A DNA stretch of 36,612 nt from Octopus bimaculoides (lineage: Eukaryota), in contig NC_068990.1 of NCBI RefSeq assembly GCF_001194135.2, positions 20,246,573 through 20,283,184 on the forward strand, written 5' to 3'. Under the pieces are notes generated by a model that worked only from the letters and a program-made list of their open reading frames with translations, ran no database searches and was not told the origin of the DNA. Positions 34,861 through 36,612 of this stretch are shown here, piece by piece. How positions within the stretch are numbered: position 1 is the first letter of the stretch; each line of letters begins with the position of its first letter. A program made the translations under genes and the position numbers.

Positions 34861-35344
34861 CGATAACATTGCCGACCGACTCGTTACCCTCACAATCCTA
34901 ATTTTCTTTCCCTTTTTGCTTTTGTTTTTTTAGATAAGCGAATTCTCATTATTGGGATCAATGTTAAAAAAAAAGATACAGTAGATAAAACGGAAGTAAA
35001 TATTACGAAACATCCGCAGTAGCATTTCATACTTACTACAACACCACTGCAACGAAACATCCACCAGGAACATTTCTTCACTCTCTCTTATCGGAAGCGA
35101 TTTTGCGTCAGAAAATATGATTAATATCGTTGCTTTATAACCGAAGAGTCGTCCTTTAGACTTTCTGATAATATATTCCTCTGCAAAATAGTTATTAATC
35201 ACTTCAAGAGCATCAGTTTAATGGCAAGTTATTAATAGTCCTTGCTTCTTTCTAGTCTGACTGTGTGTTTCTGTTTCAGGAAATCTCGATTCATTGCACG
35301 TTTAAAATAATTTTTTAATTGGCTTTGAAAAATGTAAAGCAGAA

Positions 35345-36030
35345 GTTGTTGTTTTTGTTGTTGTTGTCGTTGGTGGTGGTGGTGTCGACAATAGTGTTGT
35401 TGGTGGGGGGTTGTTGGGGATGGTGGTGGTGTTGATGTTGGTGGGGTGTCGGTGATATTAATTACGGTGGTGGTGTTGATGGTGGTGGTGATGGTGTTGA
35501 TGGTGGTGTCCAATAGTGATGGGGGTGGTTATGGGGGGGGGGTTGAAGTGGTGGTCGTGGTGGTGGTGGCGGCGATGATGGTCGTGGCAGTGGTGCTACT
35601 GGTAACGATGGTGACGGTGATGGTGCTGATGGTGATAGTGGTGGTACTGTCCGTAGTGGTGGTGATGGTAATGATGATGCTGGTTGTGGGGTTTGTGGCA
35701 GTGATGTCGATGTTAGTGGTGCATTTGGTGGCGATGGTCATAGTGGTGCTGATGGTTGTGGTGGCGGTGATGGTTACTACCGTTGTTGTTCATCTTGTTG
35801 TTGGTTGTATTAGTAGTGTTGCAGTTTTTGGTGGTGGCGGTGCTGCTTGCTGCTGGAGATCGTGGTGATGATGATGATGGTGGTGATGCTGCTGCTGGAG
35901 GTGGTAGTGGTGATGAATGATGGTGATAGTGGCTGGTGGTCGTTGTCGTGTTCGTTGCCGTGGTAATCCAAGTCGTCATCATCGTCGTGATGGTGGTGGT
36001 GGTGGTGATGATGATGGCCATCCTGGTGGT
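35345..36030. repeat. Degenerate (GTT)n/(GGT)n/(GAT)n low-complexity block
   Basis: Visible directly; gives the poly-Val/Thr/His ORF artefacts. Confidence 0.95.
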
Positions 36031-36612
36031 GCTGTCATTGTTTAGCTCTCAAGACATCTCTGACAAAACACAACTATGGTCAATGCGTTTCACCTACTGA
36101 AATACCTCATCAGTATTATCTTTACTGTTTTTTTTTTGTTGTTTATTTTATACACATGAATCATTGTTTTTATTAGTTGACATTTATGCAAAAGTACCCC
36201 ATTGATTTAAACAGAAAAGGCCTACATCTGAAGAGCACAACCGAGAGCACTAACGGTAGTTAACAAAACGGTAGCCTTGAAACGAATTTGAAACACAGCA
36301 ACACTTATCTCGTCGGTTTATAAATCTAATCGAATTGTTCTAGACACAAGCAATTTTCTATTCCGCGTATTCTTGAGAACAATTGATGAATAGTAATAAA
36401 TATGACACACAGAAAGGAAAAAATACGATTAAAATGTAACTTTGACTAATAGAATAAAATGTTTCACCGAATAGAAATGTATTTTAAAACATTTTTTAGT
36501 GTCATACTTTACGAAAATCATTATTATGAGCTGCAAAAAGAAACGAAGGAAAGTAATATATACATTTATATATATACATTTATGTATAAATATATATATA
36601 TATATATATATA

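Noticed and set aside
33637-36021. Poly-Asp/His/Ile/Val/Thr ORFs, for example 34126-34866 and 33637-34509
   Set aside because: Several frames on both strands are open because of trinucleotide repeats, and the N-termini derive from SINE or (TG)n sequence. No domain signal.
36078-36118. Minus-strand CUGAUGA GGUAUUUCAGUAGGU GAAA CGCAUU
   Set aside because: Helix II and helix I do not pair. At best a very old relic and not supportable.

Overview
AT-rich, microsatellite-dense animal genomic DNA with five N gaps (about 2.9 kb), each flanked by (TA)n or (GA)n. The SINE families and microsatellite load match what I recall of Octopus (cephalopod) assemblies; this is an inference. No intact protein-coding gene is supported, and nearly all listed ORFs are low-complexity or run through N gaps. 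The window holds about 18 copies or fragments of tRNA-derived SINEs (3-4 families sharing modules), a decayed CR1/L2-group LINE 3' end, and three Tc1/mariner lineages (an internally deleted DD34D mariner, a DD37D maT relic and a mariner-derived MITE). The main unexpected signal is at least six minimal type I hammerhead ribozyme (HHR) folds with palindromic helix III, plus several relics, typical of Penelope-like elements and retrozymes. Four lie in one short non-coding repeat family (D) docked against (TA)n. Three of those four share a non-canonical U at core position 6 (CUGUUGA or CUGUGGA), while a divergent fourth copy keeps the canonical CUGACGA. All folds were derived by eye and no activity is demonstrated.
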